Below are positions 51,121-61,853 of a stretch of 64,000 nt of DNA, piece after piece (position 1 is the stretch's first letter; the number at the start of each line of letters is the position of its first letter). The notes under the pieces are model-generated. The model worked only from the letters and a program-made list of their open reading frames with translations, did not search any database and was not told where the DNA came from. The stretch comes from Schmidtea polychroa (taxonomy: Eukaryota), in NCBI GenBank assembly GCA_044892525.1, contig CM097885.1, positions 17,362,001 through 17,426,000 of the forward strand. Direction: 5' to 3'. Made by a program: the position numbers and the translations under genes.

Positions 51121-53887
51121 ACGGATATTCATGTTGAGGGGAGAAACAAGCAGCAGCGCCCATAAAGGAACCGAAGCAGAAAGCGAAGCTGACGCAATGG
51201 CAAGGAGCCAAGCAACATGGAATATGACAGTAAAAATAGCACGAGAAATTGTACCAGAATGGGCCGATATAACCAATAAATACCAAGTATTGGGCAAACT
51301 AATGTTAGTAGCAGAAAGATATGCGAAAGGACGAAGATATGCCGAAGGATTACAAATACCAACCCAAATATATGAACTAATCCGGAGATTACCAATCATG
51401 TTCCTAACAAGTGATTTGAGTAATAACTGGCCAATCCATCATGCAGTGAAAGCAGGACAAGAAAAACGAGCATTAGAGATTATACGAATAATGGAAAACT
51501 GCAAACAATCAACAAACGTCAAAAACAGTAAAGGAAAAACTCCACTGATGAAAGCCATAGCAATAGGCGCGTCAAGAGAAGTACTCAGAGAATTATTGAG
51601 AACGGGATCCACGTTGAAAGAAAAAGATAACAAACAACGAACCATCTTACGTTATGCCGTCAGGTCAAAAAGACCTAGTATACTAAACTTTATCACGGGA
51701 AATGCAACCGCTGAAGAGGCCGAGGTGTTGGGACAGAGCATTGAACCAATTCTGGAAGCCATCAGAGGAAACTTAGACAGAACCGCAGCAATGTTAATCA
51801 AATGGAAACAAAACGAATTAAAAGCGGAAGTAATCGATATAAATCAATTTCAGAACACCGAAAATATCGTACTAAGGAGCGCCATATACTCAAGACCACC
51901 AATGCCAAAAACCATTAAAGCAATATTACAAAGAAATAGAGCAGAATTGACAGGTAATTGGTGGAAATGCACAAAAGCACATACGATGAAAAAGCAACTA
52001 GAAATAATAGTGTGGGAATGGCACCGGAAACAACGGAAATATCAAGGAACCAAAGAAGAACGAGAAAGTATCCACAACGATAAAAAAGAGATAATTAAAA
52101 AATACGAAGAGATGATCAAAGCGACAAATGTCGAGGACGACATTTTTGGGAAAACCCCGGGTGAGAGGAATGACGACGATGACGACGACGAAAGGATGGG
52201 GGATAACGATAACAACCCAGAGGAAAACGACAGAGAACAAAATCCGGAGGGCGGAGAAACAACGGATGATGATGAGGAGTTGGAAGAAGACGAAGAGGAC
52301 CAATGTCGAGGTGAAGATCAGGGATTCGACAAAACAGAAAACAAAAAGCGAAAGTCCCCACTACACAGCATAGTATTTCGGAATCAAATCCAGCCAATCC
52401 TACTACAAAGAATATTTATAATACTAACATCTATCTGTTTAACGGAAACAAAAAATATGAGAATCGTAAGAGAAGCTTTCCAAGAAGGCGAAGTATTTAT
52501 GATAAAAGTCAGCGATTACGACGGAAACGCCGTCGGAATATGTGTGCAACTAATGGAAGGAACAGGAGTAAGTTGTGATTTCAGATCGATAACAAAAGGA
52601 AAGATCTTTAGCAGCCAAAAAAGAGACCCCAGGCTATGCGGAGATTATGACATCTGTAGGGACATAACAACAGAGGAAATGGAACTAGAAAGAGCCAATG
52701 AAACCGGAGTACATTTTCAACTTAACATTCTGAAAGAAGGTATCGAAATAGAGGATAAAGGGAGTCGATCAATTACACATGTATGCATCAGAGAAGACAG
52801 AGATATATGCATAATAACAGATATGACACAAGACCACAAATTCTTCTGGGGAGAAGTCAAACCAAATACCCCTACTGTGGTATGCGCAGGAACACAAGGG
52901 ATAGTAGTATGTAAAGGAACAAGAACTGCACCAAGAAAAGACAAACCAAAGAGTATGGCAATGAAACAAGGTCCATTGATGGGGATAGCAACCAAGAAGC
53001 CAAACAAATCAGTTAGAACAAAAACAACAACACAACAAAATCAAACCGAATTAATAACAACAACAACATGGATTAACGAAGTAATTAAAGACGAAAGACG
53101 GGAAGTGCAGATAACTATTAACCTCAACAAGAAAGGTGAAGAGGTAATTACAGTCAAAAACCAAGAAGGAGAACCAATCATAAGGATATGTGTAATGGAT
53201 AAGACGGGAATAATCGACTGTACAACAACACCGATAGACAAAGGTGCAGACGTTAAAATGGAGACAGGGAAACGGAAAGAGCGATACCAAGTATGTATCC
53301 TTAAGAAAGGAAGAGGAACCAGCGTATGTCAACCAATAACTCGACAAAAACCCCAATTAATAAACATACCGTGGATACCCCGAGATCAAGAAGGGGGAGA
53401 GAAACGGGAAAATCACAGTCACCTAACAGAAAAAGAGAAGGAACGATTACATCAAGCATTCAAGAAAATCAAAGCACCAGAAACAAACACCACAGGTAGT
53501 ACAATATTAACGACAGAAAAAACAAATAATGGAACAACGATAATCACAAAGATGATATGGATAACTAGCGCGATAGTAAGCACGATAATAGCGTTAGCAA
53601 TGATTCAGTGGATAAGAACCACCAAAAGATGTAAACAAAAACCGAGAAACCGAAGAAAATGGCCCAAAGTGGAAAAATTTGAATACGGTATTCCAACCGA
53701 GAATCTGAATCTAGGAGAATACGAGGTGGTAGAGGACCCCGGATCCAGTGGATTGTGGATGTCGGAACTACCAAGAATACCCACACCTAACGAATGGGCA
53801 CACGAAGTCGATATATACCGACTAACGGACGAAAGATATGGGGGAATGCGCACGCTGCATTCCGGCCCCATGGCGACACTGGTATAA
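51121..53887 (+). CDS. Post-integrase extension: ankyrin repeats (~51420-51690), acidic linker, then a type-I membrane protein (signal ~52400-52450, TM ~53552-53614)
   Basis: WPIHHAVKAG, GKTPLMKAI, QRTILRYAV; hydrophobic IFIILTSICLT; repeated Cys-containing beta units; MIWITSAIVSTIIALAMIQWI followed by a basic stop-transfer. Confidence 0.8.
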
Positions 53888-54033
53888 CGAGAGGAGGAGT
53901 TGTTGTAAATAATGTATAAATGGAATGATAAAAGTAGTGATAATAGTAGTATGTACAAAATAAAAATAGAAAAATTAAAACAATATGTAGAAAAATCAAA
54001 AACAAGTATGATGACCATGTATTATAAATAGGA

Positions 54034-54489
54034 ATGAACCAGAGAAACGAAGAGCAGGAACACCCAAATGGGATACCACATGTTGTTGAAGTAAGAGAAC
54101 AGCCGCTTATGAATGTACATCCAGTAGACATGATGGAAATGAACGTGCCAAACCAGCCGAGTCAGCCAACAGGATCCATGTGGAGGGCACAGTGTGAATT
54201 AATGACCCAATTGACAAATCAGACTCAAGAGCACTGGGTACGAAACCAAACGGCGTTGATAGAGAGTATTAATAGAAATGCAATATATATTACAAAAATA
54301 GAGGAACAACACCAAATAATCGCGCAACTGGAATATAATAACAATCAGTTAATAAGCCAAATCAGATGGCAAGCGGAAGAAATTAGAAGGTTGCATGAAA
54401 ATCGACAACATGATGATATTGCCAGTTTAGTCGAGTGGATGACCGGACTGCCAGGAACTGAAGAACCGGACTCGACGGTAGATGTATAG
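54034..54489 (+). CDS. Accessory ORF, 151 aa, coiled-coil, unknown function
   Basis: Open frame with the same flanking signals as neighbouring genes. Confidence 0.6.
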   Translation: MNQRNEEQEHPNGIPHVVEVREQPLMNVHPVDMMEMNVPNQPSQPTGSMWRAQCELMTQLTNQTQEHWVRNQTALIESINRNAIYITKIEEQHQIIAQLEYNNNQLISQIRWQAEEIRRLHENRQHDDIASLVEWMTGLPGTEEPDSTVDV

Positions 54490-54578
54490 GAGAGAAAGGA
54501 GTGAAATGTAAATAATCCTGTAAATAAATAGAGTTATAATCAAGTAGAAATCCCAAGATTAAAAATCATCATTGTAGA

Positions 54579-57500
54579 ATGCAAAACAAAGCGGAAGAGA
54601 ACCGGAGAGAAGCAGAGGAACAAAAGATTAACTATGAATTGATGAGAAAATATCAAGCCAAGCCGGACGAGTTCGAAGAGAGGCTATTATGTGCCGATGC
54701 AGCATGTAGAAGACTAAAAAAAAAAATCAAATTTTATTTTAAGTAAATCAATCTGGCACAAGGCCGAAGGGGAGAACGGTTCTCACCCTTAAATAAACTG
54801 AGATTTTTACGTCTATTCTCTTTGGATGCTGGAGTTAGGAGCTCTGGCATCAAACATGGTTTTTTGGCTTGGTTTAGTATCGGTTAGGGGAGGCTTTCAG
54901 TCCAATCAGCTTATGCTTCCTGTATAATAAGATTAAAATATCGGAGTAGGAAGACTCCATTTGTGATTTTTATAACGTTAATAGCTGATGTACTTATAAT
55001 ATAATAGAGATTGAAAGGATGTTGTAAAGTACCAAGGGTTTTAATATATTACAGATATGAACACCTAAAAAAAAGTATTATCCTATGAGCGGGGCCCCTA
55101 CAAGGGCCCCTACATTTACACATAAGCCATATTAATCTATTTATATTTATTTAAGTTTTAATAATGATTATTAGAAGGGGATAGAGTTATTAGTTGAGGC
55201 AAATAGCAACGCATTAGTAATTAAATATTAAAAGTAAAAATATTAAAAGTAAAATTATTAAAAGTAAAACCCCTAAATAGTTAATATTAATATAATAGTA
55301 AAATATTTGAGCTATATAAATACACCTACACCTATATACATATATATACATATATTAGTCATTGTTATAGGTATTTTCAATCCCTGGAGGAGACATATGA
55401 AAATCTAAGCAACTACGTATTTATCGTATTACGTTTATAATAACCATAGTGTATATATATATTATTCCTTAAGGGTGTGTTCTCTAAAGATATGATAGCT
55501 GCTTACTACCGCAGCTGTGCAAGCGTTTCTTGCCAGGCTTTTTATTTCAGTTTTGGAGAGACCTATTTTACTGAGAACTTGGTCGTTTTTGTTGTACCAA
55601 GAGCCTAGAGTACCTATTATCAAAGTAGACAATGTAGTTTTTACTTTATGAGTTTTTTCTATTTCGATTGCCAAATTGGCATATTTTCCGTAATTATCTG
55701 CATCCGCTTTTTTAAAATTTTCTCTTTGCTCGTAAGGTACTTTGATATCTACAATGTGGGTAATTTTATTTCTCGATGATCTGATGAGTAGGTCAGGTAT
55801 TAAGGTAGTTTCGATTCCCTGTGGCGTGCGTTCGATGTCCATTTTGAATCCATAGTTAAGAAGAGATTGACATACCGCTTCTAGTACACGTGTATGCTTA
55901 TTTTTTCTTGCATTTATTTTTGCAGGGCAGTGATTGAATACATGCGCCTGTGTCTCTGGGTGGGAATTGCATTGCCTACATAGAGTATTTTTTTTAGCCT
56001 TTAATCTATGTGGTGCATAGTTTAGTTTAAGGAGATTGTTCCTTGCTCTTATAAGGAATAGGTATTGAGCATCGGTTAGAGTGTCAGTTTTAACCAGGTA
56101 GTCAGCCACGCTACTATTGCATATGGATTTAGCAATATGCCCTTGGCATTTGAGATTGATCCATTTTTCTGCATGGATTAAGCCTATTATTGAGTGGAGT
56201 TCTGATGATGTGTTGTTGAGATTTGTGGAGAAGAAATAATTGATCCTTTCTTTGTATTTTATTTCCAGCTGGTACATGTCATCTAGTAAGACAATTTTGA
56301 CATAAATTCCATATTTTAATCTTAAGAGGTCGACGGATTTCCTGAATTTAGAAAAGAAAGATTTATAACCAAAGTTTTTTGTAGTATCACCATTGATCCA
56401 TGATAAGGCAGCCTCTATATTGCCATTACCCCGTGATAATGCAAGTTCCATTAGTACTAGATTTTGGAAGCCTGTATCAGAAGAATTTAGTGCCCGAGCA
56501 AGGTGTACAATACTTTGTATGAGATATTCATCAATGGCTGAGGTTAGTCCAATACCTCCCATTTTCACCGATGCTGATTGGAGCAAGTCAAACTCGATGC
56601 GGGTGTAGATTATGCCGAGGGTGTGATATAAGATTAGCCAAGCTAAAGCGAGAAACTTGTCCAGGATGTGGAGAAGCATTTAAGTTGGTTCCCACTGGCA
56701 CGATACCGGATAGAGCAATGAACCGAGAAATCAGAGAAGTGAAAATAAGATGCACCCAAAGGTCATGCGAATGGACAGGTCGAGTAAAGGAGTTAAGAGC
56801 CCACATAGACGTATGCGAATATCTAGAATTGGAATGCGAAGCATGCACGGTAAAGTTTTTACGAAAAGAGAAAACCAAACATAAAGGGGAATGCGAAGCG
56901 CGAACGGAAAAATGCGAATTTTGCGGAGAAACTGCTAATTGGAGAGAAATCGAAATGGAACATCGAAACGCAGTAGAAAGACGGATTTGCGACGAATATA
57001 CAGGGAGATGCCCAAACGAGTGTGGAGAAATTAACAACGTCAGATTATATGAACATTGGGAGATATGCACGAGAAAGACGATAAAATGCCCAATGGTAAC
57101 ATTCGATTGTAGAGTACAATTACCAGCAGAAGAAATGAAGAAGCATGTGGAGGAGAATACATTCGAGCACATGCAAAAGATGATGAGAGCAATAGAGTTA
57201 ACAGCAAGGGCAATCGAAGATGTTAAAGACGAACTCAAATCACATAAAATCATGATAAAAGAAATGCTGAGCTCACAGGAAAGCTTCGAAAATACGAGAG
57301 AAGCCGTAACACAAAGGATGTTGAAATTAGACGACAAATTAGTCGAAGTAACTAAACTACAAACCAAATGGACTGCAAAGGAACTGACAACAGAGGAACT
57401 ACCAATATTGCCATATATGTGGAAAATCCAAGGAATAACAGAAATAATAAAGCAAGCAAAGCAAGGAATCCAGACAACGATAGTGAGCAAACCATTCTAC

Positions 57501-57860
57501 GCCAAGAAACATGGATACAAGATGAAATTGAGATGGTTTCCAAATGGTGAGGGAAAGTTTAAAGATCGGTGCATGTCCATGTATATGCAAATCTGTAAAG
57601 GAGATTTTGACGACCTAATAGCATGGCCATTCCGACATAGATTAAAAATATCTCTCTTGGGATCAAAAAAGACACATATAATGTGCTGTCGAGCATCAAG
57701 TCCAGCATGGAATAAACCGATTACAGAGGTTAACCCTGCGGTAGGAGTAGCAGAGTTTATGCAGCTATACCAGTTTAATGACGGGTCCTACATAGAAAAG
57801 GACACTATATTCTTCCTAATCGAACTAGACGAGGAAGGACCAACAATAGAAATACGATAG
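54579..57860 (+). pseudogene. TRAF-like gene (RING, TRAF zinc fingers, coiled coil, MATH) split by a LINE insertion
   Basis: 5' part MQNKAEE...RLLCADAACRRL (54579-54716) and 3' part QTRCGCRLCRGC...CEWTGRVKEL..H...YMWKI...SKPFYAKKHGYKMKLRWFPNG...WPF (56589-57860). Confidence 0.88.
54732..56587 (-). mobile_element. 5'-truncated non-LTR retrotransposon with restriction-like endonuclease (NeSL/R2/R4 group)
   Basis: Minus ORF ending at 55462: GGIGL thumb, CRQC...ETQAHVFNHC, PDLLI...IVDIKVPYE, KY, IIGTLGSW; ~730-bp 3' UTR ending AATAAAA; candidate TSD TCAAA at 54727 and 56588. Confidence 0.88.
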
Positions 57861-58000
57861 ACGGATAGAAGGGAACTGTAAATATTTTGTAAAAACGATG
57901 TAAAGTAAATATAAAGTTATTGTATACAGTAAAGTAACTTACCAAAACCATAAAAATTAGAAAAAGAAAATGCGAAAAGAAATGATGAAATTTATTATAG

Positions 58001-59179
58001 ATGATTAATCAAGAGAGACCGAATATCCGAAAGAAAACGATCACAATGAGAGAGGAAGAGGACAATACGTCACCTAGAGAAAGAGTGAAGGATGCGGAAG
58101 TCAACAAAACAAAACCAAGTAGTTACGCGTATTATCGGAGAATGGGAAATGATTATAATTTGGTACATGAAAATTTGAAACTGGGAGATAATGAACAATT
58201 CAGATGTGAGAACCAGAGATATCTGTCATTTGAACATCAGACCATTTTCACCAAGGAACAGAGCCGAGCGCTAGCACGCGACGGATTTTTCTTCTCCGGA
58301 AAACCAGAGATACCCGATCAAGTAACGTGTCGTTTCTGTAAAGGGAAATTAGCAGAATGGAAAAAAGGAGAACACCCAAAGGAGAAACATCGTAAACGAT
58401 TTCCAACTTGTCTATTCGTACTGGGATTTGATGTACACAACAAACCGGAAATCAAATATGAAGCCTTGGAGAAATTGAAAACTGAAGACGAAAAAGGAGG
58501 GGAAATGAGCATCGCGATAACCAGAATCGTTGATGAGTATGTTCCAACTTGTGAAGGGGAATTCCTCACGCAAATAGCAGATAATAGAATGAAAACGTTC
58601 GGAGATGATACGAGAGGACCTGAATTAGCAATAAGAGGGTTCTACCTAACAGAAAATCAAATACTAAAGTGTGAAAGATGCGAAAGTCAACAGAGATTAC
58701 CAGAAGAAGGCATACCAGAAATTAGACATCAAGCATGGTGCCTGTACCACAACGAACAAGAAACCGAATACCCAGAAGTGCTAGTAACAGAGGAAGAGGT
58801 TGACGAAGTGGTAGACAAACCCAACATGTGCAGAGCGTTGAAAGCAGCCGGAATAGGCACGACAAGGGCAAAGAACATGATTAGAGAGAGACTACAGAAA
58901 AACGTACATATACCAACAACAACGTACGATATGATCAGAGCGATAACTCAGTATAGGGAAAAACCTGAAACAAAAATAAAAGAAGAATCAATGGTCAAAG
59001 CAGCTATCTTACGAGATATCAAATGTACTATGTGTTGGGAGAGGAGTGTAGAAGTTATTCATATGCCATGCGGACATTTGATCGCATGTGCCACATGTAG
59101 TAGAAAAGTAAAGGAATGTCCGATGTGCAGACAGAGGATTGCGCAGCGAATCAAAGGATTTCGCTACGCCGATCAATAA
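58001..59179 (+). CDS. iap: Inhibitor-of-apoptosis protein (BIR, degenerate BIR, RING)
   Basis: RYLSF...LARDGFFF...DQVTCRFCKGKLAEW...HRKRFPTC; RMKTF...LAIRGFY...CERC...HQAWC; CTMC...PCGHLIACATC...CPMC. Confidence 0.92.
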   Translation: MINQERPNIRKKTITMREEEDNTSPRERVKDAEVNKTKPSSYAYYRRMGNDYNLVHENLKLGDNEQFRCENQRYLSFEHQTIFTKEQSRALARDGFFFSGKPEIPDQVTCRFCKGKLAEWKKGEHPKEKHRKRFPTCLFVLGFDVHNKPEIKYEALEKLKTEDEKGGEMSIAITRIVDEYVPTCEGEFLTQIADNRMKTFGDDTRGPELAIRGFYLTENQILKCERCESQQRLPEEGIPEIRHQAWCLYHNEQETEYPEVLVTEEEVDEVVDKPNMCRALKAAGIGTTRAKNMIRERLQKNVHIPTTTYDMIRAITQYREKPETKIKEESMVKAAILRDIKCTMCWERSVEVIHMPCGHLIACATCSRKVKECPMCRQRIAQRIKGFRYADQ

Positions 59180-59261
59180 CAAAAATTAAAATTCCGTGTA
59201 TAAAGTGTAGATAATAAATGTATGAAATAATAGTGGTAGTAATAGTGTAATTATTTAGACA

Positions 59262-60860
59262 ATGAATAAAGAATCACAAACCTATGTGGAAACCGAGATG
59301 CAACAACTCGAACAGTACAAATCCATCATACAAACATACGAAGCAGAAAGAGTAAAGAGAGAAATAGAAATGTACAAAACCATGTATGAGAAAAAGCAAC
59401 AAGAATTAGAAGCGGAGAAGGCGGAAGCACTAGCAACAAAAGAGGAGTGGATGAAACAGGTAGAGGAATTAACCGAGGATGTGAGAAATACCTCAACATA
59501 CCAAGAATTGGAGGAAGAGCTCTCGAATTTACGAACTCAGCGGATTATGGAGATAGTTGGGTTATGCGGAGAGATAATAATGCAGAAGGCACAAATTAGA
59601 GAAGCAAAGGAGCAATACGAGGAGGAACAGCGTAAAACGGAACGAATAAAACTACAAGCGCAACAATGGAAACGAAAATACGAAACCCTCCAGACAAGGC
59701 AGAATGATAGTCACGAACATCAAATACGAAATTACAAGGCCGAACTAGAAGAAGTAAAGGGCAAATGCGCAATGATGAAAGAAAAATGGGAAAGATGCAA
59801 AAAGACCCTAAACGAAGTCAGAGGGCAAGGGAGGAGAACACCGCATAGAGAACCAATTGTTAAAGATAACGTATTAGAGCGAATTAACACACAAATAAAG
59901 ATACAAGCCCAGAAATGGAAGTATAAATACCTAGGAAGTCAAACTCAAGTGCTCTATTGGAAAATCAGTAGCAAGGAACAACTGCGATTACGAAAAGCAG
60001 ACCAAGAATTTTACGAAACAAGAGCTGCACAGCGAGAAGAAGAGGAAGTAGAGTGGAGAAAACGACAGCAGAAATTCGAAGAAACCGAAAAGTGGCTCAA
60101 GCACCAAGCCCGAAAATGGAAAGAGAATTGGAAAGAAACCAAAGAGGAATTAAGACAGTTGCCTATGAAACTGATGGAAAGAGACGAATTTAAAATGTGG
60201 GAAATGATAGAAAACCAAAAGGAGGAGATTAGCCGATTGAGTAGAGAACATAGAATTAAAACGCGGACCAGCGATGGTAGACAGAGAATCATAAAGAAAC
60301 AGACTCGAGAGATAAGAAGGTATGAATATCAGGAAAAGAGATGGGAACAACAATTAACAGACCAAGATAGACAGATCCGGCAATTACAAACCGAGGTAGA
60401 GGAAGCCAATCAAGAGATGAACGGATATAAAGGTATGTACACCCAAAGGGATGTGAATTGGAAGCACCAGATTGAGCTTAATGCGAAATATAGAGAGGAG
60501 TGCGACAAGACAATTCAACAAACCAAACAGGAAACCGAGATAATAAAACGATGCTTCGAAGAAAATGAAGCAAATTTGAGAGCGGAAATTGAGAAAATAA
60601 AAACGCTCGAAAGAACCCAACGATTGGAAGAGGAATTAAACGAAATGATAGAAAACGAAGGTAGATTAACGTTTTTATTGGATGAGGAAATAAACATCTC
60701 AACGGAGCTACGAGAGGAAATAGATCGGTTAAGGAGACAACCACCAATATTATTAATGCCACTCTACCCGTTCCCGTTGCAAGTGCCACAGCCTGCCGAA
60801 GTCACCACAGATGAAGGCTTCGATGAAATTAACGAACAAAATAACGCAACATGGATTTAG
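59262..60860 (+). CDS. Long coiled-coil protein (532 aa) with QA(Q/R)(Q/K)WK repeats
   Basis: E/K/Q/R-rich heptads; QAQQWK, QAQKWK, QARKWK. Confidence 0.75.
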   Translation: MNKESQTYVETEMQQLEQYKSIIQTYEAERVKREIEMYKTMYEKKQQELEAEKAEALATKEEWMKQVEELTEDVRNTSTYQELEEELSNLRTQRIMEIVGLCGEIIMQKAQIREAKEQYEEEQRKTERIKLQAQQWKRKYETLQTRQNDSHEHQIRNYKAELEEVKGKCAMMKEKWERCKKTLNEVRGQGRRTPHREPIVKDNVLERINTQIKIQAQKWKYKYLGSQTQVLYWKISSKEQLRLRKADQEFYETRAAQREEEEVEWRKRQQKFEETEKWLKHQARKWKENWKETKEELRQLPMKLMERDEFKMWEMIENQKEEISRLSREHRIKTRTSDGRQRIIKKQTREIRRYEYQEKRWEQQLTDQDRQIRQLQTEVEEANQEMNGYKGMYTQRDVNWKHQIELNAKYREECDKTIQQTKQETEIIKRCFEENEANLRAEIEKIKTLERTQRLEEELNEMIENEGRLTFLLDEEINISTELREEIDRLRRQPPILLMPLYPFPLQVPQPAEVTTDEGFDEINEQNNATWI

Positions 60861-61009
60861 TCGAAGAGAGAGGTCGCCTGTAAATAAGAATGATTTAAAA
60901 AAAAAAAAAAAAAAAAAACATCAAACCAAAACCAAATAAAAATTACAAAACCAAAAAATTCAAAATAAAAAGAAGACGAAAGGAAATATGATGTGTATAT
61001 TTTGTAGAT

Positions 61010-61777
61010 ATGAATTATTTAAAAGAAAGAGAATCAACGAGTAACGAAGGAAAGTCAAACGACCAACCTGAACAAAGCCAGGATATGATACCAATCAAAC
61101 AAGAACCGATGAAATATTATAGCAATAAATGGAGAGTCAGCAAGAAGTTGTTCAAATTAAAGATTGCAAATCAAAATGTAGAGATTACGAGATTGAGGTA
61201 GCATATTGTTCAATCAAGACGATTAATAAACACTGTCAAGCAAGAAATTTTGAGGGAAATAAAGGAATCGAAACGAAAAGAGACAGAAAATAAAAACCTG
61301 AGACAAGAGATAGTAGAGTTGAGAGCTCAGGCAGTAATCGAAGATTATTGGAAATCAGAAACAAGGAAGTTGAAAAAGATTGTGAATATCGACCAAGTCT
61401 ATATCGAGCAGTTAGAAGCACAATATGCTTATGCAAAAACAAGAGTGCGAGAAAGTAAAAAAGTCGAGAAGAGAAATGTAAAACTCAAGGAAGAGATCAA
61501 GGAACAAAGAGAGGAAACAGAAAAACAATGGAAGTTGAAAGAAAATTACCGGAGAATCTTAAATCAAAAACGACGAAGCATGCAAGCATTGCAGACGGCA
61601 ATAACCATCAAGCAGAGAAAATGGAAAAGTAAAGAGAAGCAATTACAAGAAATACCAGAATTAAAGAGACAGTTGATAGCAACGCAACTCGAAGTAATAA
61701 GAATGAACGAGTTGAGCAAAAGACGAGCACCTGAACCTCCCGTAAAATTATGGGATGAGGTCAGTGGCTCCCAATAA
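61010..61777 (+). CDS. Coiled-coil accessory gene in two ORF pieces (intron or lesion at ~61200-61250)
   Basis: ORFs 61010-61201 and 61250-61777; acceptor-like site before the first ATG. Confidence 0.55.
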
Positions 61778-61853
61778 ATGAGACAAAATAACCGTGTAAA
61801 TAAATTGTAAATAAAGCCAAGTAATTATTATTAACGCATATGTATATGTAAAG

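Noticed and set aside
56571..56679. ORF-track starts of the TRAF (56571) and LINE (56679) ORFs
   Set aside because: Both run across the insertion junction at ~56588; neither is a genuine start
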